A DNA stretch of 64,000 nucleotides, taken from Octopus bimaculoides. Its lineage: Eukaryota. The notes below the pieces were generated by a model that saw nothing but the letters and a program-made list of their open reading frames with translations, was not told the DNA's origin and searched no databases. The DNA is taken from positions 59,803,967-59,867,966 of the forward strand of contig NC_068986.1 in the NCBI RefSeq assembly GCF_001194135.2. Direction: 5' to 3'. Each line of letters opens with the position of its first letter. Position 1 is the first letter of the stretch. Position numbers and translations under genes: made by a program. This document shows, piece after piece, positions 38,223 through 50,097 of the stretch.

Positions 38223-38623
38223 TTAATATATAGCTGCTGACTTGGAAGCCTACTATGGATTCCTAACTCCAGCCTCAGCTGTGAACTTGGAACCTAACAA
38301 ATGACCATTTATAGCACATATGCAGTGTACCTATTGGTTTAGATTATCAGTGAACTAAACCCCTCATATTCTATATATATAGTTCATAGATGAGAATCAA
38401 ATATTCTCCATATAGAATACACTTTGTAGTGCTCAAGAGGTTTAAACTTGAGTGGGTAGAGAAGTAAATGTAAGGATAAGCAAGTTAGCCAGGTCAATAT
38501 ACAAAGTATGTTAAATACATGAAATACAAAAAATGCATGTATTTTACATACAAAATGGCTACTTACACAGAATAGAAATGGTATCAAGAATTTTAAGGTG
38601 TTGAAGAAAAGTATTACAAATCC

Positions 38624-38685
38624 AACAGCTGTTTCTGGGGGCTTCGTGGTCCAGAATAATGTTTCTAAATTGATTCCATCATCAG
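38624..38685 (-). ncRNA. Partial hammerhead motif (core intact, stem I not formed)
   Basis: CTGATGA-TGG...CCA-GAAAC-AGCT-GTT. The flanks do not pair. Confidence 0.45.
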
Positions 38686-38797
38686 ATGAGACAGGCCTCT
38701 GCCTTCATCGCTGTTTGTTACGTTATCGTCAATGTTATCGCTTATGAAACCTTTGATTTATTGTACAACCGACACACTGTACAACCGTTGTTTACTT

Positions 38798-38833
<36 letters not shown>

Positions 38834-38913
38834 NNNNNNNNNNNNNNNNNNNNNNNNNNNNNNNNNNNNNNNNNNNNNNNNNNNNNNNNNNNNNNNNNNN
38901 NNNNNNNNNNNNN

Positions 38914-38960
<47 letters not shown>

Positions 38961-40498
38961 CATATATAAACTGATGCTTTCTTGACACAACTGGAACAGG
39001 CCAAAAAGAGATAACACCATCTTGCCCAAAAGGGGTTTTTGCTTTGAAGATTTTCATTTCAAGGTTTTTTCACATTGCTGTCCAAGATTGTAATCCTATC
39101 TGCATTAGTAAAGATGTTATATGCTCCTGACCAGCAAGTCTGGGGTGTCACCTACATTACCAAGAACTATAATATATGCGAAACCAATGGTAACTTTCTA
39201 ACTGCCTATAACCACTGACTACATTGTATGTGTGTGGGTGGATGCGGTATATAATTGTGTGTATTTTATAATTCATTAAATGACAAAGAGGAACATTAAT
39301 CTTATTCAATTACTCCTTTAAAATGCAGTTTGACTTAAATCATATACAGAACATAAAAACTGAAAATTTTTCATCCTGGGATTTTTCATGGGTACTAGAG
39401 GAAAAATAGGAACAATGAAGCTTAGTAGTATGTAAAGATCAAAATATTACAATTTACCAACTTGGACAAATTCTTTAAGTTTCTTTCATAAAAAAAAAAT
39501 CTTCAAAATTAACTTTCCCAAGTTATTAAGATGGACAAATTGTTGCTGACACACATATTACTGACTTCCTCAAACCCAGATTTTGCCTGATTTCAATGAT
39601 ACTCTATTATCATAGTTAGGATGTAATTTAAGTAACTGAAGTCAGTTACAAATTTCTTTTTGTTAAGAATAATGTCAGTTTCAGGAAGAGCAAAGGTTGA
39701 TTGAATTAACTAATAAATCATTACTGGTAATTATTATTCTGACCCTGGAAAGATGGAAAGCTATGATAAAAAAAAAATCATACAAATTGCAGCTGATTAT
39801 GAATTTAGAATATATAAGGATAAATCTAAATTTAGCAAAGCATTTAGTTTATCATTTTTGACAACTCAGTACTATAGTCGAAAGTAATCTTTTTTCAAAA
39901 AACTAAATAGTTAGGAAAGGAATATTTTAGGAAATGAAGTGACTGATTTTATTAAGATATGTAGCAACATTCTGCATTCCCAAATTGCAAAATAATTTTC
40001 ACATGTCATGTGAAATATTTTAAGAAAAAGAATAAGTAAGGGTTTTCTGAATATTGGTTCTAAATTGAATTTTGCCTTCTAACCCTGTGATTTTCTCTGC
40101 AGCTGTATTAGCATTTAAGAAATAGCACCCTCATCCACACACCTTAACACTGTCATCTAGCTGGCCAAGAAAAGCACTGTACAATTGCATGCTAATCTTA
40201 TTCCTCTGATCAAAATAATTTTCTGTGTATACCATGACAATAGGCTCAGCAACATAATATATTTACTGTTTTTGTAGATGAAGTGTCATGCTGTAGATTC
40301 ATCTTAAAAACAATACTTATGTGGTGAAAGCAATTTCTGAAGGAGGAAGATATACAAAAATATAAACAAGCAAAATGATTTCCACATGAGAGAAAGTAAA
40401 TGATTATGATACACACATATGTGTGTATGTGTGAAGATAGAGAAAGTGATAACTCAGTAGATAAGGAATATTCACTATAGGAGTTCCATTGTATCTAC

Positions 40499-40549
40499 TT
40501 TCTAATGTCATCGATGATGTGAACATCAAAACTTTATCTTGTCTAGTCC
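40499..40549 (-). CDS. Candidate exon, phase 1-1: (x)TRQDKVLMFTSSMTLE(S)
   Basis: Acceptor catccttttgttgacttcag with one open frame. The donor gtagat is weak. Confidence 0.25.
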
Positions 40550-40589
40550 CTGAAGTCAACAAAAGGATGATCATTCCCAATAGATTCCT

Positions 40590-43500
40590 TTCATCATCAT
40601 CATCATTATTATCACCATTGTTTAATATCTGTTCTCCATATTGGTTTGGGTTGGATGGGTTGAGAGGAGCTGGTTAGGCTGGGAGCAGCACCAACCTCTA
40701 TTCTTTGCTTTGGCATGGTTTTTTTTTACTGAATGCCCTTCCTAAAGCCAACCACTTTACAGAGTGTACTAGGTACTTTTTATATGGCACCAGCACCTGC
40801 AGTTTTTATGTGGTGCCAGCACTGGTGCTTTTAACATGGCACCAGCACCAACAGGGTCACCAAATAACTTGCAAAACCAAAACTGTAGGGTGGTGGTGAT
40901 GTTATTGTAACAGTTGATGAGAGATTAGAGGTATAGAGGGACAGGGATAGGTGTCTTGTAAAGCAGATACATGGACATCCCAACTGGAAAAGAAAGAAGG
41001 GTGAGTTAGAGAGCAAAATAAAGAGAACCATAGTGAGAGAGATGGTGGCAAAGGTGTGTCAGGACAAGAGACTGTAGCAAATGATGGGAGAATTATAGGA
41101 GAGGCTTGAGGGTAGGGGTTGCAGTAGATATGTGAGGGCACTGAGGGTGATAGCAGATAAGCAAGGAGTTAACAACACAGGAGAAAGAAGACACAGAAAG
41201 GAGGTATTTGGTGGAGTAAGATAATGGGAAATAGAAGTGTTTTGAGGTGGGGGAAGGAAGGTAACTGAGAAAGCAGGGGGATGTAATATATGCTTATTCT
41301 GCTCTCAGATGATAGAGAAGTGATGGGTGTTAGGAGATGAAATGAGGGGTTGGCAGAGCAGAGAAGATGCATGTGGGCATAGGGAAGTGCCCCTCACAGA
41401 CAAGCGTTTAACCGAGTGGTTTTAGGATATCAATTCTGTTGTGGTGGATGGGTCTGCCTGAGTACAGTGAGGTGCTAGATATCTTGGTCCTTAGTTATGT
41501 CATTCATAAGACTCAGCATCTTGAGATCAGCCTTCAGTACATTGTCCTGTGTCTTCCTGGGTCTCCCTCTTCCACAAGTTTAAGTGACTGGCAGCTGTCC
41601 ACATCTATATGCATCACATGACCAAACTAGCACAGTCATCTCTCTTGCACACAACATCTAATTCCTCTTACACCTAACTTTTCTCTCAAAACACTAGCTC
41701 TCTGTCACACATGTACATGACACTGCACATCCAACAAAGCATACTAACTTCCTTCCTCTCTAACTTATGCATGTTCTCTGCATTCAGGGTTCATGTCTCA
41801 CAACCACTTAGTACTGTTGTTTGTACACATGCATCAAGCAATCTTCATTTTATTCAGAGAGCGAGACCTTTTATTGCTGACTGAGGTAAAAGCTCTCTGA
41901 ATTTTCTCTGACCTATTCTTATTCTAGAAATTACACTTTCCATACATCCTCCTCTACTGCTAATTAGGTCCCCTAGGTAACAGAAATTATGCACTACTTC
42001 TAGGGGGCATTTGAGAAATTCAATTTCCCACGGCTCTTGTGCATTTTCCATATACAAACATCACTTTCTCTGTTAACCTTCCTATTATTCCACTCCACTT
42101 CATGTGTGTCCATAGCTTCCACAGGATATACTGTATGGAAATCCTGTCTACACCATTCCTACATATTGAACAGGGCCATTTACCTGAAGTGGATAGGGTC
42201 CTGTTTATTTTCTTTCTTACTAGAACCTTGGTCTTTGTTAAGTTAACCTTAAGGCCCTTCAAGTCCAGGTTTGCTGTCATGCCTAGAATTTCTTTCCTAG
42301 TTCTGTAACAGAATCTGCTATGAGAGCAAGGTCATCAACATACAGCAGTTTTCAGGGGCAGTCAGTCTTGAATTTCTCTGTAATAATCTAGAGGACTATG
42401 ATGAATAGGAGGGGACTAAGAATCGGACCCTGATGAATGGTTAATTGTGTACTAAAGTTATCAATGTACTCATGGTTAACTTTCACCTAACTGACAGAAT
42501 CTGTTATGGCCTGTATAGCGTTCCCTCAGAGATCACCATATTACACAGTGGAGTACTCTGCCAAAGGCTTTCTCCAAGTCAACAAACACCAAGTACAATG
42601 TTTTATTCTTATCTAAACACCTCTGCGGTTGTCTGATTATAAATATAGTATCAGTAGTGCTTCTTCCAAGTACAAAGCTAAACTGCATTGCATTTAATCT
42701 GATTCTGATCCTAATTAATTGGGGTGTAATTCTCTCCATATCTTTCATCACCTGATCCAGTAACTTGATGTCACTTTAATTACTTCTGACTATGATTCAG
42801 CTAGAGCAGTCATTGGGGATGATGCCTTTTTGAATAACCTGATGAACTATACAGGTGATCAGACCATATCAGACCATCTTGCTCTGTCAAATATTTTAAG
42901 CATCTCAGCAATGACTCCCAATGGACCAGGGGTTTTCTCTATCTTCATATCCTTAATTACCATATCTGTCATACTGCTGTCAACTCAAACAGCTTGTCTC
43001 TCTGTTGGGTTCACAGAGGGGAGACACCTTTTCTCCAAATCATTCTCTACATTTAATAGCCTTTGAGCACTTCTTTGCCTCTTTCTTTTCAGAGTCACTG
43101 AGCACAAGCATACCATTATCCATATGTACACACTTCTCTCCCACAACATCTAGATTTTCTCTGACACTGTCAAGCAATCCTGAACACCTCAAGTCTCTGA
43201 TCTTCAGGCCATAAGACATTAGCAAACCTTTTCCTTTCTGCTTCTACCCTTTCTAGATAAACCTGTCACCTAGCTTCCATTTTAACTATCTGATATGTTG
43301 CCTAGCTTCTATTTTAGCTATCATATCAGATAGCTAAAATGGCAGCTGCTCCCACTTTTCCACTCTTTCCAAATCCATCTCTTCACTTTTATGGCCCTGT
43401 CAACCTTAGTTGTTCCACCACCATGTCACCCTCAGACTGGCAGAAGCTTTGCTCCAGCCACAGAGTTGGTCTGCAGCTTTCAGAAGGTTTTCCTGTTAGG

Positions 43501-43990
43501 ACTTCCAGTTGTCTTCTACATTATACATCACAACCTCCTCTTTCTCATCAATTGCTTTAATCAAGATGTCTCTAAATCTCTGATGGACCTTTGAGCTTCC
43601 ATAATTTCCTTTTCCAGTCAAGCTCTAAGTCTGAGGTAGCTAGCTACTAATTTATATTGAGTCATACATTCCTCAATGGGAACGGACTTTGCATTTAGAA
43701 GCATCTGTCTATCCCTATTTCAGGTGAGAATGTAGTCAATCTGGCTTAGGTGCCTACCAGAGTGATAAGTGATTAATTGGCTGGTTTCTTGAAGTTAGTG
43801 TTGCAAACCAGCAAGTTATTTGCATTACAGAACTCCAGGAGCCTTGTCTCCTTATTTCTAGTGCCAAAGCTGAAATCTCCATGCACACCATAAAATTCAC
43901 TGGAGTGTTGCCTAACATGACTGAAGAACTCACCAGCTATGATTATAAAGTAATAAACCAACATTAAGAGAACTGAGTGATGGTATAAGC
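40590..43990 (-). mobile_element. Heavily decayed RTE-clade LINE (APE endonuclease + RT)
   Basis: EN remnant HGDFSFGTRNK..RLLEFCNANNLLVCNTNFKKP, RT remnant QFSFVLGRSTTDTIF..LYLVFVDLEKAF and YVDDLAL, a decayed PHD-like region and the RTE 3' tail. Confidence 0.85.
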
Positions 43991-44024
43991 ATAAGCTAGA
44001 GAGAAATAAACAATATAGTTGCAG

Positions 44025-44412
44025 GCGTGGCTGAGTGGTAAGAAGCTAGCTTCCCAACCACATGGTTCTGGGTTCACTCCCACTGTATAGCACCTTTGAC
44101 AAGTGTTTTCTACTGCAGCCTGGGGCCGATCAAAGCCTTGTGAATGGATTTGGTAGACAAAAACTGAAACAAACCAGTTGTATATTTAAGTGTGTGTGTG
44201 TCTTTGTTTGTCCCCCTCCCATCATCACTTGACAACTAGTGTTGGTGTGATTATGTCCCTGTAACCTAGTGGTTCAGCAAAATAGACTGATAGAATAAGT
44301 TCTAGGCTTAAAAAAAAAAGTCCTAGGGTCGATTTGTCCGACTAAAACCCCTCGAAGTGGTGCTCCAGCATGACCACAGTCAACTGATTGAAACAAGTAA
44401 AAGAATAAAAAG
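44025..44412 (+). mobile_element. Full-length family A SINE
   Basis: A-box tggctgagtggt, B-box gggttcactccc, body and tail. Confidence 0.9.
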
Positions 44413-44422
44413 ATATACATGT

Positions 44423-44464
<42 letters not shown>

Positions 44465-45710
44465 GGCCCTTGCCAGAACACATTCTGTGGACTGTGACTT
44501 TGCTCTCTCTCCCTGTACCTGTCCCACCGTTGCCTATCTCCCATTTCCCTTCACCTACCACCCCTCCAACGAACCATTCTCTGAGCCTTCCAGCGACTCA
44601 AGTCCAACCCCACCACCTCACACATTTTCCTCACCCCTTCCCTTCTCCAAACGACCCCACAACCTGCATGACCTCCTGGTCCACAGTTTCTTCTCTAACC
44701 CCACCTCCCAACTTGCCTCATTCCTCTGCTCCTGCCAATGCTGCCACACTTGCTCCTACCTCTTCAACACCACCATCCTCACAGGCACCCATCATCATCC
44801 CTATCATATCACCAACTCCTTTACTGCACTTCTAGCAATGTCATTTACTGCATCTCCTGCTCTTTCTGCCCTTCTCTGTACATCGGTCAAATGGGATGCC
44901 ACTTGGCTGACCGGTTCGCAGAGCACCTCCAACACATTAGACTCAGCAATGATACCCCAGTCTTGCACCATTTCCGCTCTACCGGTCATTCACTACAACA
45001 CCTGTCTTTGCAAGGGGCCATCCAGACTCCCGCCTTCGTCATGAACAGGAATTAATCTTCTCTCTTCGCTCCTTTGTATCACATGGGCTCAACTCTCCTC
45101 CTCTCTTCATCTGACTCTCCTCCTCTCCTCTCTTCATCTGACACCTACTTCTTCTTTTCACTCCTACTCAACTCTCCTCTCCTCTCTTGCTCTGACACCT
45201 ACTTCCTCTTTTCGCTCCTACCCACCTTCTCTCTTCCCTGATACCCCACCACCCCAACTCCCACATATCCCACCTACCCCATCCCTCCATTCCACACCCA
45301 CATCCCCACACCACACCACCTCACACAGACTAGCACTGACCCCTTCCCAGCACAACACACACCATCATCTGCACACCCGCACACCATCATCCACACACCC
45401 ACACTTACACATGCACACATCCACATGTCAAAGTCACTAGCCCCTATCCACACACACTTACACATTCTCACATACACACATGCCCTTCGTTTTGGGATCA
45501 CCAATAGTTTATTATCTTCTTTTCTTTCTACCTCTCCTGTCAAACCATTTTTTCAAACCATCGCTAAATCCACAAATTTTTTTATTCTCTCTCTGTTTAT
45601 TTTCTCTTATTCTTTTCTGCTGAAGAGCGCAGGCTCAAAACGTAAAAGACTTTCTCATTTTCCTAAGCATCAAACTAATACACCTGTCTTCAGCCTTTAT
45701 TTTTCTGTAA
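44465..45710 (+). mobile_element. Penelope-like element, 5'-truncated, with GIY-YIG endonuclease remnant (Neptune-type linker)
   Basis: PFTYHP..FSKRP.NL.DLLVHS, Cys-rich linker CSCQCCHTC, NVIYCISCSFCPSLYIGQ (44837-44890), RFAEH..HF..TGH, and a terminal block with a hammerhead remnant. Confidence 0.9.
45611..45649 (+). ncRNA. Mutated minimal hammerhead in the Penelope terminal repeat
   Basis: TCTTTT-CTGCTGA-A-GAGC gcag GCTC-AAAAC-GTA-AAAGA. Two core substitutions relative to CUGAUGA/GAAA. Confidence 0.55.
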
Positions 45711-45714
45711 ATGA

Positions 45715-46230
45715 TGCTGAGGTACAAATATATGAAGCCCAATATACCCATCATAACTACTCATTTGATAAGGGTAGACATAGCACATGCATCATAACCA
45801 TATGTGAGTGACATAGTGACCTCGTATCAAGATAAACAGTGCATGACCTTGCAGGTGGAGCAGTTAGAATTTTCTCCAAGTCGAGTAGCCCATCCCACTC
45901 AAAAGGTCCTTAAATAAGGGTTGTTTAAGGATGATGAACAAAACACCATGTTTCCAGGGGAGAATTATTCAAACCCCAAAGAATTCCTTTCAACACATGG
46001 CTGTGATGCTCCCTGACTACTCCTGCTTGTGATCAGAGATGCACATATTGTCAGCCACTAAGGGACATGCTCAACTTGTCAAGTTCAAACAATTGACAAG
46101 CAAATTTGTGGTATTGAGCAGAATATTTGCTGTTGGCCATCTTTTATACCAAGACAAAACAATGTACATGATAACACTTCCAATCAGTTAAAATCAGAGG
46201 TCATGAGAGTCACTGTCTTGTATTGCATGA
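45715..46230 (-). repeat. Unclassified retroposon-like repeat; its 3' part recurs at 56335-56550 (+), where it ends in (AAT)n
   Basis: Shared blocks gataagggta...catgaccttgcaggtgg and gggtatattgggcttcatatatttgtacc. Confidence 0.7.
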
Positions 46231-46444
46231 GTTCAAACTGGCTGGCCTTGTGCCAAGATTTGAAATCATCATCATTATTATAATTGTTGGCGTTAGGAAG
46301 GGCATCCAGCTGTAGAAACTCTGCCAAATTAGATAGGAGCCTAGTGTAGCCATCCGGTTTCACCAGTCCTCAGTCAAATCGTCCAACCCATGCTAGCATG
46401 GAAAGCGGACATTAAACGAAGATGATGATGATTATTATTATTAT

Positions 46445-47100
46445 TAAAGAAGTGAGCTTGCAGAATGAAATGCTTAACGATTTTAGCCATCACTACATTC
46501 TGAGTTCAAATTCTGCCAAGGTTGACTTGGCCTTTCATCCTTTCAAGGTCAATAAATTAAGTACCAGTTGAGCACTGGGGTCAATGTAATCAACTAGTCC
46601 CCTCCCCAAAATTTCAGGCCTTGTGCCTTCAGTAGAAAGGATTATTATTATTACTATTATTATTATTAACAACAATATTAGCAGAATTCTTACAGACTAG
46701 AAAAAATGCCTTGTTTGGGCTCTCTCTGTTCTTATGTTCAAATTTTATCAAAGTTAACTTTGCTTTTTTTTCTTTTGGAGTTGATAAATAAAATAATGGA
46801 CAAGTACTGACGATCAATGCAACCAACTAACTCCTTTCTGTTAAAACTGTTGGCATGGTACCACCTATATTAGAAACAATTATTCTTATTATCAGATGGT
46901 GCTTTGGCAGAATTGTTAAAGCAACCAACTTGTAATTATTCTGGCTTATTACCTTCTGAGTTCAAATCCATCTGCGCCATAGTCAACTTTGCCTTTCCTC
47001 TCTCTATGTTCAATAAGATAAGGTACTAGTCAAATTCTGGGGTTAATGTAACCAATTAACTCTTTCTCCTAAAAAATTCTTAGCCTGGTGCCTAATTTAA
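46445..47100 (+). mobile_element. Three tandem family B SINE copies separated by (ATT)n tails
   Basis: Repeated gagttcaaat...gactttgcctttc...aagtac blocks at about 46.50, 46.74 and 46.96 kb. Confidence 0.75.
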
Positions 47101-48011
47101 AGAGGAAAAAATTCTATGTTGTACCTGCATGAAATCTTGCTACCTTTTTTTAAAAACAACCATGTACATCATGCTATTTCTCAAATGATCCAAACAAGGA
47201 ATATCTCATGAGGCAAACCAGCAAATGACTCATGGCTCAAACTATTCTATAGTAACAGAAAAGGGGTTTCATAGTAGGTCCTCATTTCTATTTGGTGTTT
47301 CTGATTTGGTGTTTCTGATTTGGTCAAATTCTACAAACTGTTATATTGTGATTCCTGACAGGAATTTTGCATGAATTGTGCTTACACAACTGAGTTTTTT
47401 CAATCTTAATTAAGCAATTAAGGCATCAAGCTGGCAGAATCATTAGTACACCAAGCAATTGCCAGAACCATTAGAATGTGGAATAAAATGTCATGTGGTA
47501 TTCCTTTCTTGTAAAAGTTTTGTTCCCTAAGAGGGGTGAAATTTCAGAAATGGAGATCCTGATAGTACTTTTTTCATTGTTGCAGTTGTCATTGTTTGCC
47601 CACCCAAGTTATCAGAGACTGAGTAGATCTATGATCAAAGGCATTCCAGCCATACCTACTCATCATTCATAGGCAAAGTGCATCTAGGAGCACATTATCC
47701 AATGTATCCATCCTTTTTAAGGCAGTAAGATGTGATATGCAGGACATTTGGTTGTAATTTCTAGGAAGTTATGTACCCATGCAGAGACTTCCTCATTGGC
47801 CTGTGTCTCTCTCATTGACTCATGGTTTTATCATTGGCCATAGTTTAGTGAATTGGAAGGAGCTGTGCCAATGGCCAACACAAGCCATAAGAGATTGATG
47901 ACAATAATAGTTTCACTTCCACCACCTTTCTATTCTGATATCAGATACCATCAAGTTTTAGAAAAAGAATAAGCAACAATATTGCAGTAGAGTGAGTTCA
48001 ACCAACTGTAC

Positions 48012-48075
48012 TTCTGCCAAACAATATTTTGTCTTGTGTCTAAGGGAAAATCTAATATTTCCTGTCCTGTAGTCA
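48012..48075 (-). CDS. Candidate exon, frame ambiguous: (V)TTGQEILDFPLDTRQNIVWQ(K) or DYRTGNIRFSLRHKTKYCLAE
   Basis: Strong acceptor tttctatcttaactcttttacag and donor gtacag, with two frames open. Confidence 0.25.
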
Positions 48076-50097
48076 CTGTAAAAGAGTTAAGATAGAAATT
48101 ATTTAACTTTCTCATAACTACAGGTTGAAAAGCATTGAGTTTTGAGTTCTGCAGTAAATATGACTTTCTAAATGTTAGAGGAAATTTTACTTTATGCATT
48201 GACAACAAAGTTTCCCACAATGCTTAACAATGCCCTCTGGCTTTATGTAATGTTTCCTCTCAAAATTTTGACTTTTTAAAATCTTTTATTTCTTTACAAT
48301 TCTACAAAAGATGTACAAGCCATTGAAGAAGCCAATGACTGGCCACTCAATCTGCTAGAAGTAGCAGTCAAATCTCACTCAATCATGTCCTACTGTCTTA
48401 AAACTCAAAGGAGCAGCACATTAGACAGAATGGTCCAAGATGCACAGTTGCTTGGACTTGCTGGAAACAGCAACCACAATCTCCTTCATATCACACTCCA
48501 TTATCTTGGATATACAAAAAGATAAGATGGTTATGGGTGTAATGTCTTTGATGAAAGGTCTGCTTGTTAATGAGTTGACATGAAGCTACATAATAATAGC
48601 AAATTTTGTTTCACTGAATAAAGAATAATCCTTTCTACAATAGGCACAAGGCCTGAAATTTGTGGAGAGAATTAGTCAATTACAAAGATCCCAGTACTCA
48701 AATGGTCCTTATTTTATTGACTCCAAAAGGATGAAAGGTAAAAGTCAACTTCAGCAGAATTTGAACTCAGAACATAAATCCAGAAAAAATGCCATGATGC
48801 ATTTTGTCCAGCATGCTAACAATTCTACCATCTAGCTGCCTTCATTGAATATAGAATAAATGAGTTCAAATTTCATTAATTAATTTTTTTCCCAAGAGTT
48901 AAAATCTGAAATTGTTGCTATGTTGAGGCTGTGTTTTACTACATTTGATAAAATTGTATATTCTGTTTTCAGGAATAAAGAATTAGAGTAGCACCCATTA
49001 ATTTTTGCAGACAGATAATATTCAGCTTGAACATTTATTATTACCAGCAATACAAAGAAGAGAGCTGGTAGAATCATTAATGCAGCAAAAATTGCTTTGT
49101 GACATTTGTTCCAACAGTTTAGATCCTGAGTTCAAATCTGATTGAGGATGATGGTATTGACAAATCCTCTTGCTTCAAAATTGCTGGCCTTGTGCCTAAT
49201 TCAGAAAATCCTTACTAGCAGTACAAATGGAAATACCATTGTTATTTTTAAAACTGTTGGATTGTTGGATTTCTTTTGAAATTGTGCTTTTTCTGAAGTG
49301 CTTGATATTGTTGATGAAGATTATTACTGTATTAGTATTATTATTGTTGATGAAGTAAGTATTTTATGTTTATGAAGATAAGTATTATTGAAAGTGCAGT
49401 CTTAGGACAGAGATGCCAAGAAGTAAATGGGCTCTGCAATGAGTATTAAGGGTCCATGATTAAAAGTATTGAGAATGTGTTGAAAGAATAATTAATGTAT
49501 ATAGCAAACAACAACTGTAACTATGAAATGAAATCAAAAATAAAATTTATCTGTATTATTCTGCAAAGATATACTCTTTTACTCTTTTACTTGTTTCAGT
49601 CATTTGACTGTGGCCATGCTGGGGCACCGCCTTTTTTTATATACATATGATTACTTTGCAAAGGCTTCAACAAATCTTAATATATCCTTATTTTATTATA
49701 AGAGGGAAATGGTTGGACTTAGACTCACAATCCCATCAAATGAAGTACAATTGCCTCACTATGAATTCTAAACTTAATTTAAAATATGTATTTATCAGTA
49801 AAGTGCCTCACAAATAGTATAAACAATATAAATGTTGTGCCTATAATAAACTATGTCTTTGATTTAGTTCCAGAGTTTATCAGTCAACTATCTTGAAATA
49901 ATATAAATGTATGAATAATACATTTTGTTTTTATTGTTTTACACTAGTTTCCCAGTTTTGCATTCCAAGTTCAAAAATTACTTTAAAATTTATTTTACAC
50001 TTCAAACTATTATGCATTGCATAAAACAGAACAAACAAAAAACAATACGGGAAATCTCTAATGATATAAAATCAACATCATTAAAATCAATCATATG

